DNA of 64,000 nucleotides, taken from positions 1-64,000 of the forward strand of contig JAEOTO010000009.1 in assembly GCA_016839805.1 (NCBI GenBank), written 5' to 3'. The translations under genes were made by a program, and so were the position numbers. This DNA comes from Candidatus Hermodarchaeota archaeon (GTDB taxonomy: Archaea > Asgardarchaeota > Hermodarchaeia > Hermodarchaeales > Hermodarchaeaceae). Shown piece by piece: positions 1 to 7,623 of the stretch. The notes beneath the pieces were generated by a model, which had not been told where the DNA came from, made no database searches, and saw only the letters and a program-made list of their open reading frames with translations. Position 1 is the first letter of the stretch. Each line of letters opens with the position of its first letter.

Positions 1-2
1 TC

Positions 3-218
3 ACCCTCACCAACTTCGCCAACGCCACCGTCCTCGGCACCCAACACTTCGCCAACTCAGTAGTGACTGGATTTCAGAATCTAGCCAACACCATCGCCCG
101 CGGCTTCCGCCCACCCCCACCCCGAATCTCCTCCAGAAGCTCGTTTAGCGGCCGGAGCTGCGCTTGCGCATGCGCGTGCGTTTCTTGCGCTTGTGCCTGT
201 GCAGGTGGGGGTAGGTAA
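3..218 (+). CDS. 3' end of a gene truncated by the window edge; ends in a Cys-Ala repeat tail (SCACACACVSCACACAGGGR*)
   Basis: Manual translation of frame 3: TLTNFANATVLGTQHFANSVVTGFQNLANTIARGFRPPPPRISSRSSFSGRSCACACACVSCACACAGGGR, stop TAA at 216-218; absent from the ORF track because the start lies outside the window. Confidence 0.85.
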   Translation, partial: TLTNFANATVLGTQHFANSVVTGFQNLANTIARGFRPPPPRISSRSSFSGRSCACACACVSCACACAGGGR

Positions 219-267
219 ATGTGGGTTATATTTATTAGAGTGATTAGTTAATATCATTTCGATAGAT

Positions 268-1509
268 ATGTCTGATGAATGTATGATGAGTGACCGGACT
301 GAGGATGAGGGTCAGGATATTAAGACGGTCCAAACTTTGAAACGAAGGCTTAGCAGCTATTATTTTTTCGAAGGTGTTCGTAATTCTTCATTGTTCTCGA
401 AGCGTATGAAAAGGTGTCATCATTATTTCTTCACTCTTCGAGAACTTGCAAAAGGGCGGTCACCTAATTCTATTGCAAAGGAGTTAGGTCTCAATCACTC
501 TGTACCTCTCAGGTGGTCACATGGCCAACTACCAGATTTTGTCCGACTGGCAATCCAAATTCCTTTTCATGCACCAAAATCCCAACATAAATGGTTACCA
601 CTAAAGTTTGTGGGAAAATTTACACCATCAAACTTTGTAGAGGTCCCAGTAAAAATCAGTTCTTTCGAACAGATAGCAGCTGTGGTGGCTAATCTTGATT
701 CCTACCAGATAACAAGAAAGAACCGAGTACAAATTTCTAAAATCGAAGCATTTGCATACATTCTCGGTTTATTAGTTAGCCATTCAGAAAAACAAGGTTC
801 CCCTGATTTTCCAAGTAAAATCATGATTTCGCTTTCGAAAAAATACTCCTGGGCTAAACAAGCAGGAGAAACTATTTGTTCACTTTTGAAGATATTAGGA
901 ATTCGAGTGGATGAAGTTCGAGGATCTGGAGCAAAAGAAATCGCTGAACGACGATTTAGTTGGCGAACAGGACGCAGCTCATTAATTTCATGGATGCTAA
1001 AATCCGTTCTTGGAATCAAAAAGATAGGTGATTTCTCTCATTTTTCACAATATTCTGCGTGGCTTCTCAAAGCTCCATTTAGGGTTCGTTTAAGATTTAT
1101 TCACGCCTTGTTTGATGGTTCAGGATCAGCAAGCGTTTCCAGTCAAGTCGTTAGCCTTACATGTAGGGGTTATGAACGGTTTGCCATGAACCTGTTAAAA
1201 TCAGTTGGAATTGAATCAGGAGAGGAAGGACATCAAGTGCGAATCCGCAAAACAGAAGCCATAAACCGCGCTGCCGGTTTACCTGTTTTTTGGTTAGCCA
1301 CAACACGGCAAACCAATATCGAAAAGTTAGTTAAGATGTTGGCCGCACGTCGCGGAAGAGGACGAAAAGCATATTCTCCCCAAATTATTAGTCGCATTCG
1401 TGAACTGGCAGAACAGGGCTTGGCATTTGGTGCGATTGCAGAACAGCTTTTTGACGAATCAGGCATCTCTTTACCAAAAACAACTGTAAGGCGGTTAGCG
1501 ACGAAGTAA
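268..1509 (+). CDS. HTH + double LAGLIDADG-like protein, catalytic residues degenerate
   Basis: LAGLIDADG-like helices AYILGLLVSHSE and FIHALFDGSGS; HTH-like segments at both ends; paralog of 1524..3188. Confidence 0.75.
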   Translation: MSDECMMSDRTEDEGQDIKTVQTLKRRLSSYYFFEGVRNSSLFSKRMKRCHHYFFTLRELAKGRSPNSIAKELGLNHSVPLRWSHGQLPDFVRLAIQIPFHAPKSQHKWLPLKFVGKFTPSNFVEVPVKISSFEQIAAVVANLDSYQITRKNRVQISKIEAFAYILGLLVSHSEKQGSPDFPSKIMISLSKKYSWAKQAGETICSLLKILGIRVDEVRGSGAKEIAERRFSWRTGRSSLISWMLKSVLGIKKIGDFSHFSQYSAWLLKAPFRVRLRFIHALFDGSGSASVSSQVVSLTCRGYERFAMNLLKSVGIESGEEGHQVRIRKTEAINRAAGLPVFWLATTRQTNIEKLVKMLAARRGRGRKAYSPQIISRIRELAEQGLAFGAIAEQLFDESGISLPKTTVRRLATK

Positions 1510-1523
1510 TTCCTCGCAACATC

Positions 1524-3188
1524 TTATTGGTCAGGTTGTTCAGTCTTGTTGAAAATTCGAATATGATAAGATATGCTACTACGATCATAGGATATACCAA
1601 AATGATTGAAAATATATTCAGCAATGTATCCCGACGATTTTTTCCGATTATGGAGTTCTAGAATTAGTTTTGAAATTTCTTCAGGTATGAATCGTTCTTT
1701 CTTCTTTTTTCGGGCTTTCATCATTTCAGCAAGCTTTTCTGAATTTTCTTTTCTGGATGTCGCAAAGCGAAATAGCGGAAGTTCAGCAGCGATAATAATA
1801 CACTTCTGCCTTCGGAATCGGACACGCTTTCGGTCAACTGTTGATTCAATCTGAAAACTTGCAAGAAGGTCTTGAATGAGAGAAATGTTGGGACCAGCAT
1901 AGATTCCTATATACTGGCTCTTAGTATCTGCCCAACCGTCACCATCGGAAAGCCCCTGTAGGAAAGCTAACCGTAAGTCATCAGGAGCGGTTCGGATCCA
2001 GTCAGCTTGTATTGGATGGTATGTTGTTCGTTGGTGGGGTTGAAGGCCTATACAAGTTCGAATTATCCAGGTGAGGAGGGGGCTTTTTTGGGTGCGCCAT
2101 TTGTGACACATGCCTTTGCCTGCGGATGAATCGTAGGGGTTGCCTTCTTCGGAGTGGATACCTAGTTGTCCGAAGTAGTAGGAGGCCGCTTCGCCGACTT
2201 GTTCACTCCAGGTGTAGTTTTTGGAGAGGTTGAGAGTGAGTTCGGTGGAGGAGACGCGGGGGCGTTGTTTTTCGTAGTCGCTGACAATGAGTCCGAGGAG
2301 ATAGTAGAAGGCGTCTTCGGGGTTTGGTGGACCGAAGCGCTGTTTCCATTGGTGCATTGCATTGTTGTCTAGGGGCTGGGATTGGTTAAGGACATTGGTG
2401 ATTTGTAAATATTGGGTGATTTGTTCTGGAACGGCGATGAAGTCTGTGGGGACGAAAGCACGTTCAAGGTTGAGGGGAAGCCATTTTAGGTCTCGTCCTG
2501 GTGGTGTGTGGGGGATGTGGCGGGTGAGTTCGATGTAATTAGGGCGGCGTCCGTTGAGCCAGTGCATGACTTGTGAGTGGTGGATTTTCAGTTGGCGGGC
2601 TACGTCGAGGTAGGCGCCGCCGTCTTGTAGGAGGTTGAGGGCTTGGAAGTAGAGGGTGCATTGGTGGAGGCGTTTTGGGAGTTGTTTTGTTTGTTCATGA
2701 AGTGGGGTGAGATAGTAAGTTTGAAGACGATCTATGACATCCTCAGTGGAACGGAGGCCATTGTTTTCTTTGTGGAGTTGGGTAATGGTTTTTTGGGCTT
2801 GTGTTTTTGACAAGATGCGCTCGAGTTCGTAGTATAGGCGGGGCTTTCGAGCTTCTTGGGCCCAGGCGGTGAATTTCTGGCGTCCAATTCCGAGTTCGTT
2901 GCCGAGGCGTTTGCGGTCGCCGCGTTGGAGGTGGGTTTGGTTTTTGAGGTGGGTGATGAGGGTGAGGTGGGTTTCGGCGTCGTGGAGCCAGGTTTTGTAG
3001 TTGGGGTTGCGTTTTATTCCTGGGTAGTCGGTGTTGAGGAGGTGGTGGAGTTGGTGGATGGTGGTGATGGGTGTGGTGTTGATGGTGGGGGTCCAGAAGT
3101 GGATGGGGGCGTGGTCGCGGGGTTTTGGGGGCTTTGACATGGGGTGTGGCTCCAGTAGTGGTATTAGTAGGGGGTAGAAGAACTCCAC
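1524..3188 (-). CDS. Free-standing HTH + LAGLIDADG homing-endonuclease-like protein
   Basis: YYLLGLIVSDYE and AFLQGLSDGDGW motifs; several HTH-like segments; start may be ATG at 3140. Confidence 0.8.
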   Translation of the reverse strand: MEFFYPLLIPLLEPHPMSKPPKPRDHAPIHFWTPTINTTPITTIHQLHHLLNTDYPGIKRNPNYKTWLHDAETHLTLITHLKNQTHLQRGDRKRLGNELGIGRQKFTAWAQEARKPRLYYELERILSKTQAQKTITQLHKENNGLRSTEDVIDRLQTYYLTPLHEQTKQLPKRLHQCTLYFQALNLLQDGGAYLDVARQLKIHHSQVMHWLNGRRPNYIELTRHIPHTPPGRDLKWLPLNLERAFVPTDFIAVPEQITQYLQITNVLNQSQPLDNNAMHQWKQRFGPPNPEDAFYYLLGLIVSDYEKQRPRVSSTELTLNLSKNYTWSEQVGEAASYYFGQLGIHSEEGNPYDSSAGKGMCHKWRTQKSPLLTWIIRTCIGLQPHQRTTYHPIQADWIRTAPDDLRLAFLQGLSDGDGWADTKSQYIGIYAGPNISLIQDLLASFQIESTVDRKRVRFRRQKCIIIAAELPLFRFATSRKENSEKLAEMMKARKKKKERFIPEEISKLILELHNRKKSSGYIAEYIFNHFGISYDRSSISYHIRIFNKTEQPDQ

Positions 3189-3264
3189 TACTGGCTGGGG
3201 GGCGGGATTTTGGTTGGTTTATAGGCGTTGTGGTGGGGTCGGGTGTCTGATGGCATGGGTTGTG

Positions 3265-4797
3265 TTAGTCGGTTTGGGGGTATTGTGGTGGTGTTCTTTT
3301 TCTGAAGTGGTAGGCGAGGATGACGGCGAAGATGATGAGGATGGTGAAGCTGATGATCATGCCGACCAGGAAGGCTTGGGTGATGTTGTGGTGCATGCTG
3401 TAGTACAGGATGTAGGACATGATGGGGATGTCTTCAACCTCGAGGAGGCAGGCATCCATATCGTTGGTGGGATATGGATATGTATGCACGGCATATCCCA
3501 CGATTATTAAATCGCCGTCGGTCATTTGGAGAATGGCCGTTCCCCCCTCATCGGTGCCATCTCCCCCATAAATGTTTGTCCAAAGGCTCTCACCCTGCGT
3601 GTCGGTGCGAGTGAGGATAACGTTAGTGTCTCCAAAGCCGTGTCCCCGAGTGAACTGACTGCACACAATGGCGAAGCCGCCATCATGGCATTCAATGAAT
3701 CCAGGGCTCCCGTATGCCGATAGTCCCATCCATCCTGTCTCCCAGAGAATATCGCCGTTGGCTGTGATGCCCGTAAGCGTTAGCCTATCCCGTAGCTTCG
3801 TATCTCCAGGATAAGGGCCCGAGCCATATCCTCCTCTGATGACATAGTCACCTGAACGTGTGGCGATGATTTGGTCAAAGAATTCATTTCTCCGCTCGCC
3901 ATAGGTGCAGTTCCACAGTAAGGTGCCATCCGTGTCAGTGCAGACCAGATAGCCGTCGGAATGCGTTTCGGTGGTGGTAGAATTTTGTGTAGTGCCCACT
4001 AAGAGGAAGCCTGAATCTGTTTCGATGAGATCTGAGGCGCCATCGGCGTCGGGTCCGCCATAGGTGTGGTTCCATTCGGGCGTGCCCGTTGAATCCGTTT
4101 TGAGGAGCCACGCATCAGAAGATCCTGCGCCATAGCTGGACGTCTTGCCGGCGATGGCGAATCCGTCATCGTCGCATTGGATGATGGCCTCTGGGTAGTC
4201 GCCTTCGGGTCCCCCAAGTGTTTGGCTCCACAGCTGGTGTCCGGCTGCATCGGTCCGAACTAAGAGGACATCCGCGTCGAAGCTTCCGGATTGGTTGACT
4301 AGCGTATAGCCGGCGAGTGCGAAACCGCCATCGGAGCATACGGCAAGGGCTGGTGTCCCTTCGGTTCTATTGGTGCCATACGTGTGGTTCCATAGGACTT
4401 GCTTCCCGTGTCTCCTTAAGCGGACTAACCAAAAATCGAAGGGTGCATCTGGACTGCCTCCGAGTCCCCAGCTCGCTGTACGTCCTGCGGCGATGCATTC
4501 TCCATCTTCCAATTGAAACAGCGATTCGATTCTATCTTCTTCCGGTCCACCAAAAATTTCTCCACTGAAGGTGCCCAGCTGCGGCATGGGAAGCGTGAAC
4601 ATGTACCCTAGTCCAACGTAGGAGACACTGAATACGATCAGTGATGCGAGTCCCAGGGCTATGAGGTGGGTTTGATTGAACCTGATAGAACGGGTGGTGA
4701 GTGGTTGGTGAGGATTATCAATCACGGGTTTGGGAGATTTAGGACAAGCCTCGGTGATGGAGGTTACTTCCCTCCCCGGTCTTTTTTGTCGTGCCAT
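3265..4797 (-). CDS. Membrane-anchored beta-propeller-like repeat surface protein
   Basis: ~50-aa repeats W.xTYG(G)..D.....DGGF..AG.T....D.WL...D..G; N- and C-terminal hydrophobic helices. Confidence 0.75.
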   Translation of the reverse strand: MARQKRPGREVTSITEACPKSPKPVIDNPHQPLTTRSIRFNQTHLIALGLASLIVFSVSYVGLGYMFTLPMPQLGTFSGEIFGGPEEDRIESLFQLEDGECIAAGRTASWGLGGSPDAPFDFWLVRLRRHGKQVLWNHTYGTNRTEGTPALAVCSDGGFALAGYTLVNQSGSFDADVLLVRTDAAGHQLWSQTLGGPEGDYPEAIIQCDDDGFAIAGKTSSYGAGSSDAWLLKTDSTGTPEWNHTYGGPDADGASDLIETDSGFLLVGTTQNSTTTETHSDGYLVCTDTDGTLLWNCTYGERRNEFFDQIIATRSGDYVIRGGYGSGPYPGDTKLRDRLTLTGITANGDILWETGWMGLSAYGSPGFIECHDGGFAIVCSQFTRGHGFGDTNVILTRTDTQGESLWTNIYGGDGTDEGGTAILQMTDGDLIIVGYAVHTYPYPTNDMDACLLEVEDIPIMSYILYYSMHHNITQAFLVGMIISFTILIIFAVILAYHFRKRTPPQYPQTD

Positions 4798-5252
4798 TTT
4801 AATCGTCTCATGATTGTTTGAAACAACAAGATTGCTAAATCAGTGGGAGCAAGATCCGGTGGGGGGTCAATGTCCCATTCCTGTGCTAAGGTGGTGAGCG
4901 TGGCCTCACATTTGGGGTAGTCACTGCAGCCCTTGCATTCTCCTTTGTGGGCAAACCAGGTTTGGAGCCCGATTTGGGGTGAGTAGATGATGTAGACGTT
5001 GGTTTGTGAGGCGGAACAGTAGCCGGTGGCAATGCCGTAGTGGGGGCTGATGTTGTGGATGGTGATGCGGTTGGTTGCTGCGGTGTGTTCGATGAGTTTT
5101 TTGATCCGTTGTTCGGCGATGCGTTGTTCTTTGCTGATGAAGGGGCGTGAGACGTTGAGTTCTTCGGCGAGGTCGGAGGGTTTGACGTTCCGTCGGCGTT
5201 GGGACCAGATCCAGTTTTGTTTGGCCGATGGGTATCGGAGTGAGGTAAACAT
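4764..5252 (-). CDS. HTH transcriptional regulator with C-terminal Cys/His metal-binding motif
   Basis: PSDLAEELNVSRPFISK HTH; HKGECKGCSDYPKC; overlaps the downstream gene by 34 bp. Confidence 0.7.
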   Translation of the reverse strand: MFTSLRYPSAKQNWIWSQRRRNVKPSDLAEELNVSRPFISKEQRIAEQRIKKLIEHTAATNRITIHNISPHYGIATGYCSASQTNVYIIYSPQIGLQTWFAHKGECKGCSDYPKCEATLTTLAQEWDIDPPPDLAPTDLAILLFQTIMRRLKWHDKKDRGGK

Positions 5253-5315
5253 GGAGATTCACCGGGGTCTGATGTTAGCAATTTCCCTCGTGTAGTCAGT
5301 ATTATGCTCTCCATA

Positions 5316-5343
5316 GTATAAAAATTAACCGGTTTCTGGTTAA
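5316..5343 (-). promoter_or_regulatory. TATA box plus palindromic operator (TTAACC-N7-GGTTAA), copy 1
   Basis: GTATAAAAATTAACCGGTTTCTGGTTAA; TTTTTATA on the minus strand ~65 bp upstream of the 5252 start; 27/28 identical to 7420..7447. Confidence 0.7.
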
Positions 5344-5421
5344 CTAATTATCTAAGCGTAAATCGTTTACCTCCAATCACCAAGTCACACCACTAACAAA
5401 CCAAGGAACTAGGATGTGAAC

Positions 5422-5503
5422 CAAATCATCTTTCACATCAATCATGAGAAATCACAATTACGTCTTTGAAATCCAATTGAATGGCAAATAACGGCATGGA
5501 AAA
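5422..5503 (+). repeat. Diverged direct repeat, left copy flanking vapBC
   Basis: 61/82 ungapped identity to 6347..6428; first 19 bp identical (CAAATCATCTTTCACATCA). Confidence 0.75.
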
Positions 5504-5612
5504 TGGCTTGCTCGAACCTTAAAAACCAGATTCGACTAAATATTCAAGTGTCGATATTGATGTTTTTAGCTTCAGATAAGTACGGTACTAATATTTGACA
5601 AAAATGTTATAT

Positions 5613-5635
5613 TGCCATAATGCCATAATGCCATA
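5613..5635 (+). promoter_or_regulatory. Tandem TGCCATAA x3, probable antitoxin operator
   Basis: TGCCATAA-TGCCATAA-TGCCATA just upstream of the antitoxin ATG and just after a TATA-like TTATAT. Confidence 0.55.
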
Positions 5636-5653
5636 TAGGCAGATTGAGTAACT

Positions 5654-5911
5654 ATGACGATTCGTATCACATTGAGTGAAGAGGAAGAGCAGGAGTTTCG
5701 AAAACTCGCTATGCGACTATACGGGTACAGGAAAGGGGCATTGACCAATGCAGCACGCGATGCGTTACTTGAATGGATGCGCCGTTCGCAGGCATCCACG
5801 CCAGTCAAAGAACCTACAAAATCACTTCGAGGATTATTACAAAAGGTCTCCCTATCCAGTGTCGAGTTACAACACGAAGCTACAAAACTCTTCACGCCTT
5901 CACAGAGGTAG
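5654..5911 (+). CDS. vapB: RHH/CopG-type antitoxin (VapB-like)
   Basis: MTIRITLSEEEEQEFRKLA...ALTNAARDALLEW ribbon-helix-helix pattern, directly upstream of a PIN gene. Confidence 0.75.
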   Translation: MTIRITLSEEEEQEFRKLAMRLYGYRKGALTNAARDALLEWMRRSQASTPVKEPTKSLRGLLQKVSLSSVELQHEATKLFTPSQR

Positions 5912-5916
5912 CTGTT

Positions 5917-6333
5917 ATGTTCTTCCTTGATGCCAATATCCTTTTGGAAGTAATGTTAAGCCAAAAGCAAGCAGATGAGTGTGTCAATTTTCTACAGAAG
6001 CTGGAGAAAGGTCCACCTATCTGCTACTTATCCGACTTCTTACTCTACTCTATGCTTTTAACGATCCTGCGCTACGAATCACCCAAAACTGCACAAAAAT
6101 TCCTCTCAATAATTAGCTCCTACGAACGGCTTCTCATATATCGACCAACACTTCTAGATCTTGAGACAACACTCACAAAGATGCCCCAACTAAACCTCGA
6201 CTTTGATGATGCACTCGTCATTACAATAATGCAACAAACCAGCACCGATACGATTGTCTCCTTTGACCACCATTTCGATTCCATCCCCCAAATAACCCGA
6301 ATGGAACCCAAAGACGCACACGGGCTCCTCTAA
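5917..6333 (+). CDS. vapC: PIN-domain ribonuclease toxin (VapC)
   Basis: FLDANILLE, LDFDDAL and SFDHHFD PIN motifs; true start at ATG 5917. Confidence 0.88.
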   Translation: MFFLDANILLEVMLSQKQADECVNFLQKLEKGPPICYLSDFLLYSMLLTILRYESPKTAQKFLSIISSYERLLIYRPTLLDLETTLTKMPQLNLDFDDALVITIMQQTSTDTIVSFDHHFDSIPQITRMEPKDAHGLL

Positions 6334-6346
6334 AATCATTGGGAAA

Positions 6347-6428
6347 CAAATCATCTTTCACATCATTAGTAAGAAACAGCGTCTAAGTCTTCGAAATTAG
6401 AAAGAAAGGCAAATAACACCCTGGAAAA
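6347..6428 (+). repeat. Diverged direct repeat, right copy flanking vapBC
   Basis: 61/82 identity to 5422..5503. Confidence 0.75.
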
Positions 6429-6451
6429 GCTTCGTCGCAATAAAAGAGGAG

Positions 6452-6522
6452 CGAAGGAAGTGATGCGACTTCCTTCGGTGACGTGCCGCTGAAGAAAGAA
6501 GAGAGGGTCGCCGAGGACCCTC
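6452..6522 (-). terminator. Two GC-rich hairpins between convergent genes, putative terminator(s)
   Basis: CGAAGGAAGT-N6-ACTTCCTTCG (6452-6477) and GAGGGTC-N6-GACCCTC (6503-6522), the latter followed by a pyrimidine run on the minus strand. Confidence 0.5.
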
Positions 6523-6526
6523 ATCG

Positions 6527-7336
6527 CTATTGAGCTGTTCGTCGTCGCCTCAGGAACACGATTACTACCACGATGACAATGACAGCGACGACGACGCCTC
6601 CAATGACAAGCAAAATCCCAGTTGGGTCCTGTAGGATTAGAACCTCATCGTCGACTACAATGTTGTCAATCATTTGCCATGTTTGGAACCACAACCAACA
6701 GGTCTCAGGTGTGGTGGTGTCTGTGTCCTCTACCTGTATGATTGGGGTTGGATTGCGGTTGTGGTATACGGTGAATATACCCTCTGGAGTCCTAGTAACA
6801 TCGATATGATGCCAACCTGGCACAGGTACAGGGCTACTACTGGCGATGGGTGTCTGGGTAGTACCAGTATGCTTGTAAAGACGGAAAGTGATTGCATCGC
6901 CTGATATTGAACTACCACATGTAAGGCGGAACGAGTCGATCTCGAGCTCATTATTCAAAACATTGACATCGTTACTCATGAAATTGAAACCCACTATTAG
7001 TGTAGTGGGATCAAATTCAGTTAAATTGAATTGGATATCAAAACTCCATGTCCCCGATGCTACAGCACTGGGACGACTTATTATACCCCAAGTGTGTTTT
7101 GATGGGAGCATTTGTAGATAATTATTGGTAGCTGACCAATTTGAGCCACTCCACCCGAATGTTCCACTGTATACGTTGGTGTTGTTAACGATGGTCCATT
7201 CAGGCTCATAGGTGCCATCGTTGAAGTCATCAGTCCAAATCACTGCGCTACGACATGGTTGGGGACAACAGGTCATCCAACAGAGTAGAACCAGGATTCC
7301 GAGTCCCACTAGCTTGTAATCCAGTCTCTCGACCAT
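6527..7336 (-). CDS. Cell-surface concanavalin/LamG-like beta-sandwich protein with C-terminal TM anchor
   Basis: Signal peptide, WTDDFNDG...GTWSFD...WHHIDVTR...IDNIVV, C-terminal TM plus RRRR; paralog of 14809..15549. Confidence 0.7.
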   Translation of the reverse strand: MVERLDYKLVGLGILVLLCWMTCCPQPCRSAVIWTDDFNDGTYEPEWTIVNNTNVYSGTFGWSGSNWSATNNYLQMLPSKHTWGIISRPSAVASGTWSFDIQFNLTEFDPTTLIVGFNFMSNDVNVLNNELEIDSFRLTCGSSISGDAITFRLYKHTGTTQTPIASSSPVPVPGWHHIDVTRTPEGIFTVYHNRNPTPIIQVEDTDTTTPETCWLWFQTWQMIDNIVVDDEVLILQDPTGILLVIGGVVVAVIVIVVVIVFLRRRRTAQ

Positions 7337-7419
7337 AGTGAATACACCTCCGATCTTCGGTCCTTTTCGGATCTAAACTGAATTTAGAAACCAGGCCGAT
7401 CTTTATCTTGGGTGAAGTT

Positions 7420-7447
7420 GTATAAAAATTAACTGGTTTCTGGTTAA
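7420..7447 (-). promoter_or_regulatory. TATA box plus palindromic operator, copy 2
   Basis: GTATAAAAATTAACTGGTTTCTGGTTAA upstream of the 7336 start. Confidence 0.7.
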
Positions 7448-7623
7448 TTTCTGTTTTACTGACAAGCCCCAAGATTTCCTAATTACTGAAAGTGGGTAGG
7501 GAGGGGGGGTCTGATATACAGAATTTGGGTCGTTTTTGGGGTTGGGACTTATCATTGGTTTAGTATCGAGGATTTTTCCTGATTTTTTCAGGCTTGGAAT
7601 AACCAAATGAATCAGAAATTGGG

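Noticed and set aside
155-205. TGCGCN-type DNA tandem repeat or microsatellite
   Set aside because: Explained by Cys-Ala codons with synonymous variation
268-3188. Inteins or intron-encoded endonucleases
   Set aside because: No Hint-domain splice motifs (N-terminal C/S, C-terminal HN) and no interrupted host gene or rRNA
2856-3510. Gly/Val-rich + strand ORFs and the other short antisense ORFs in the track
   Set aside because: Shadow ORFs of real genes, favoured by the G/T skew; no motifs
5613-5635. CRISPR or other repeat array
   Set aside because: 8-bp units with no spacers; no cas genes or repeat-spacer arrays seen anywhere in the window
5773-5916. N-terminal extension of the PIN ORF
   Set aside because: Overlaps the antitoxin; the PIN motif begins at ATG 5917
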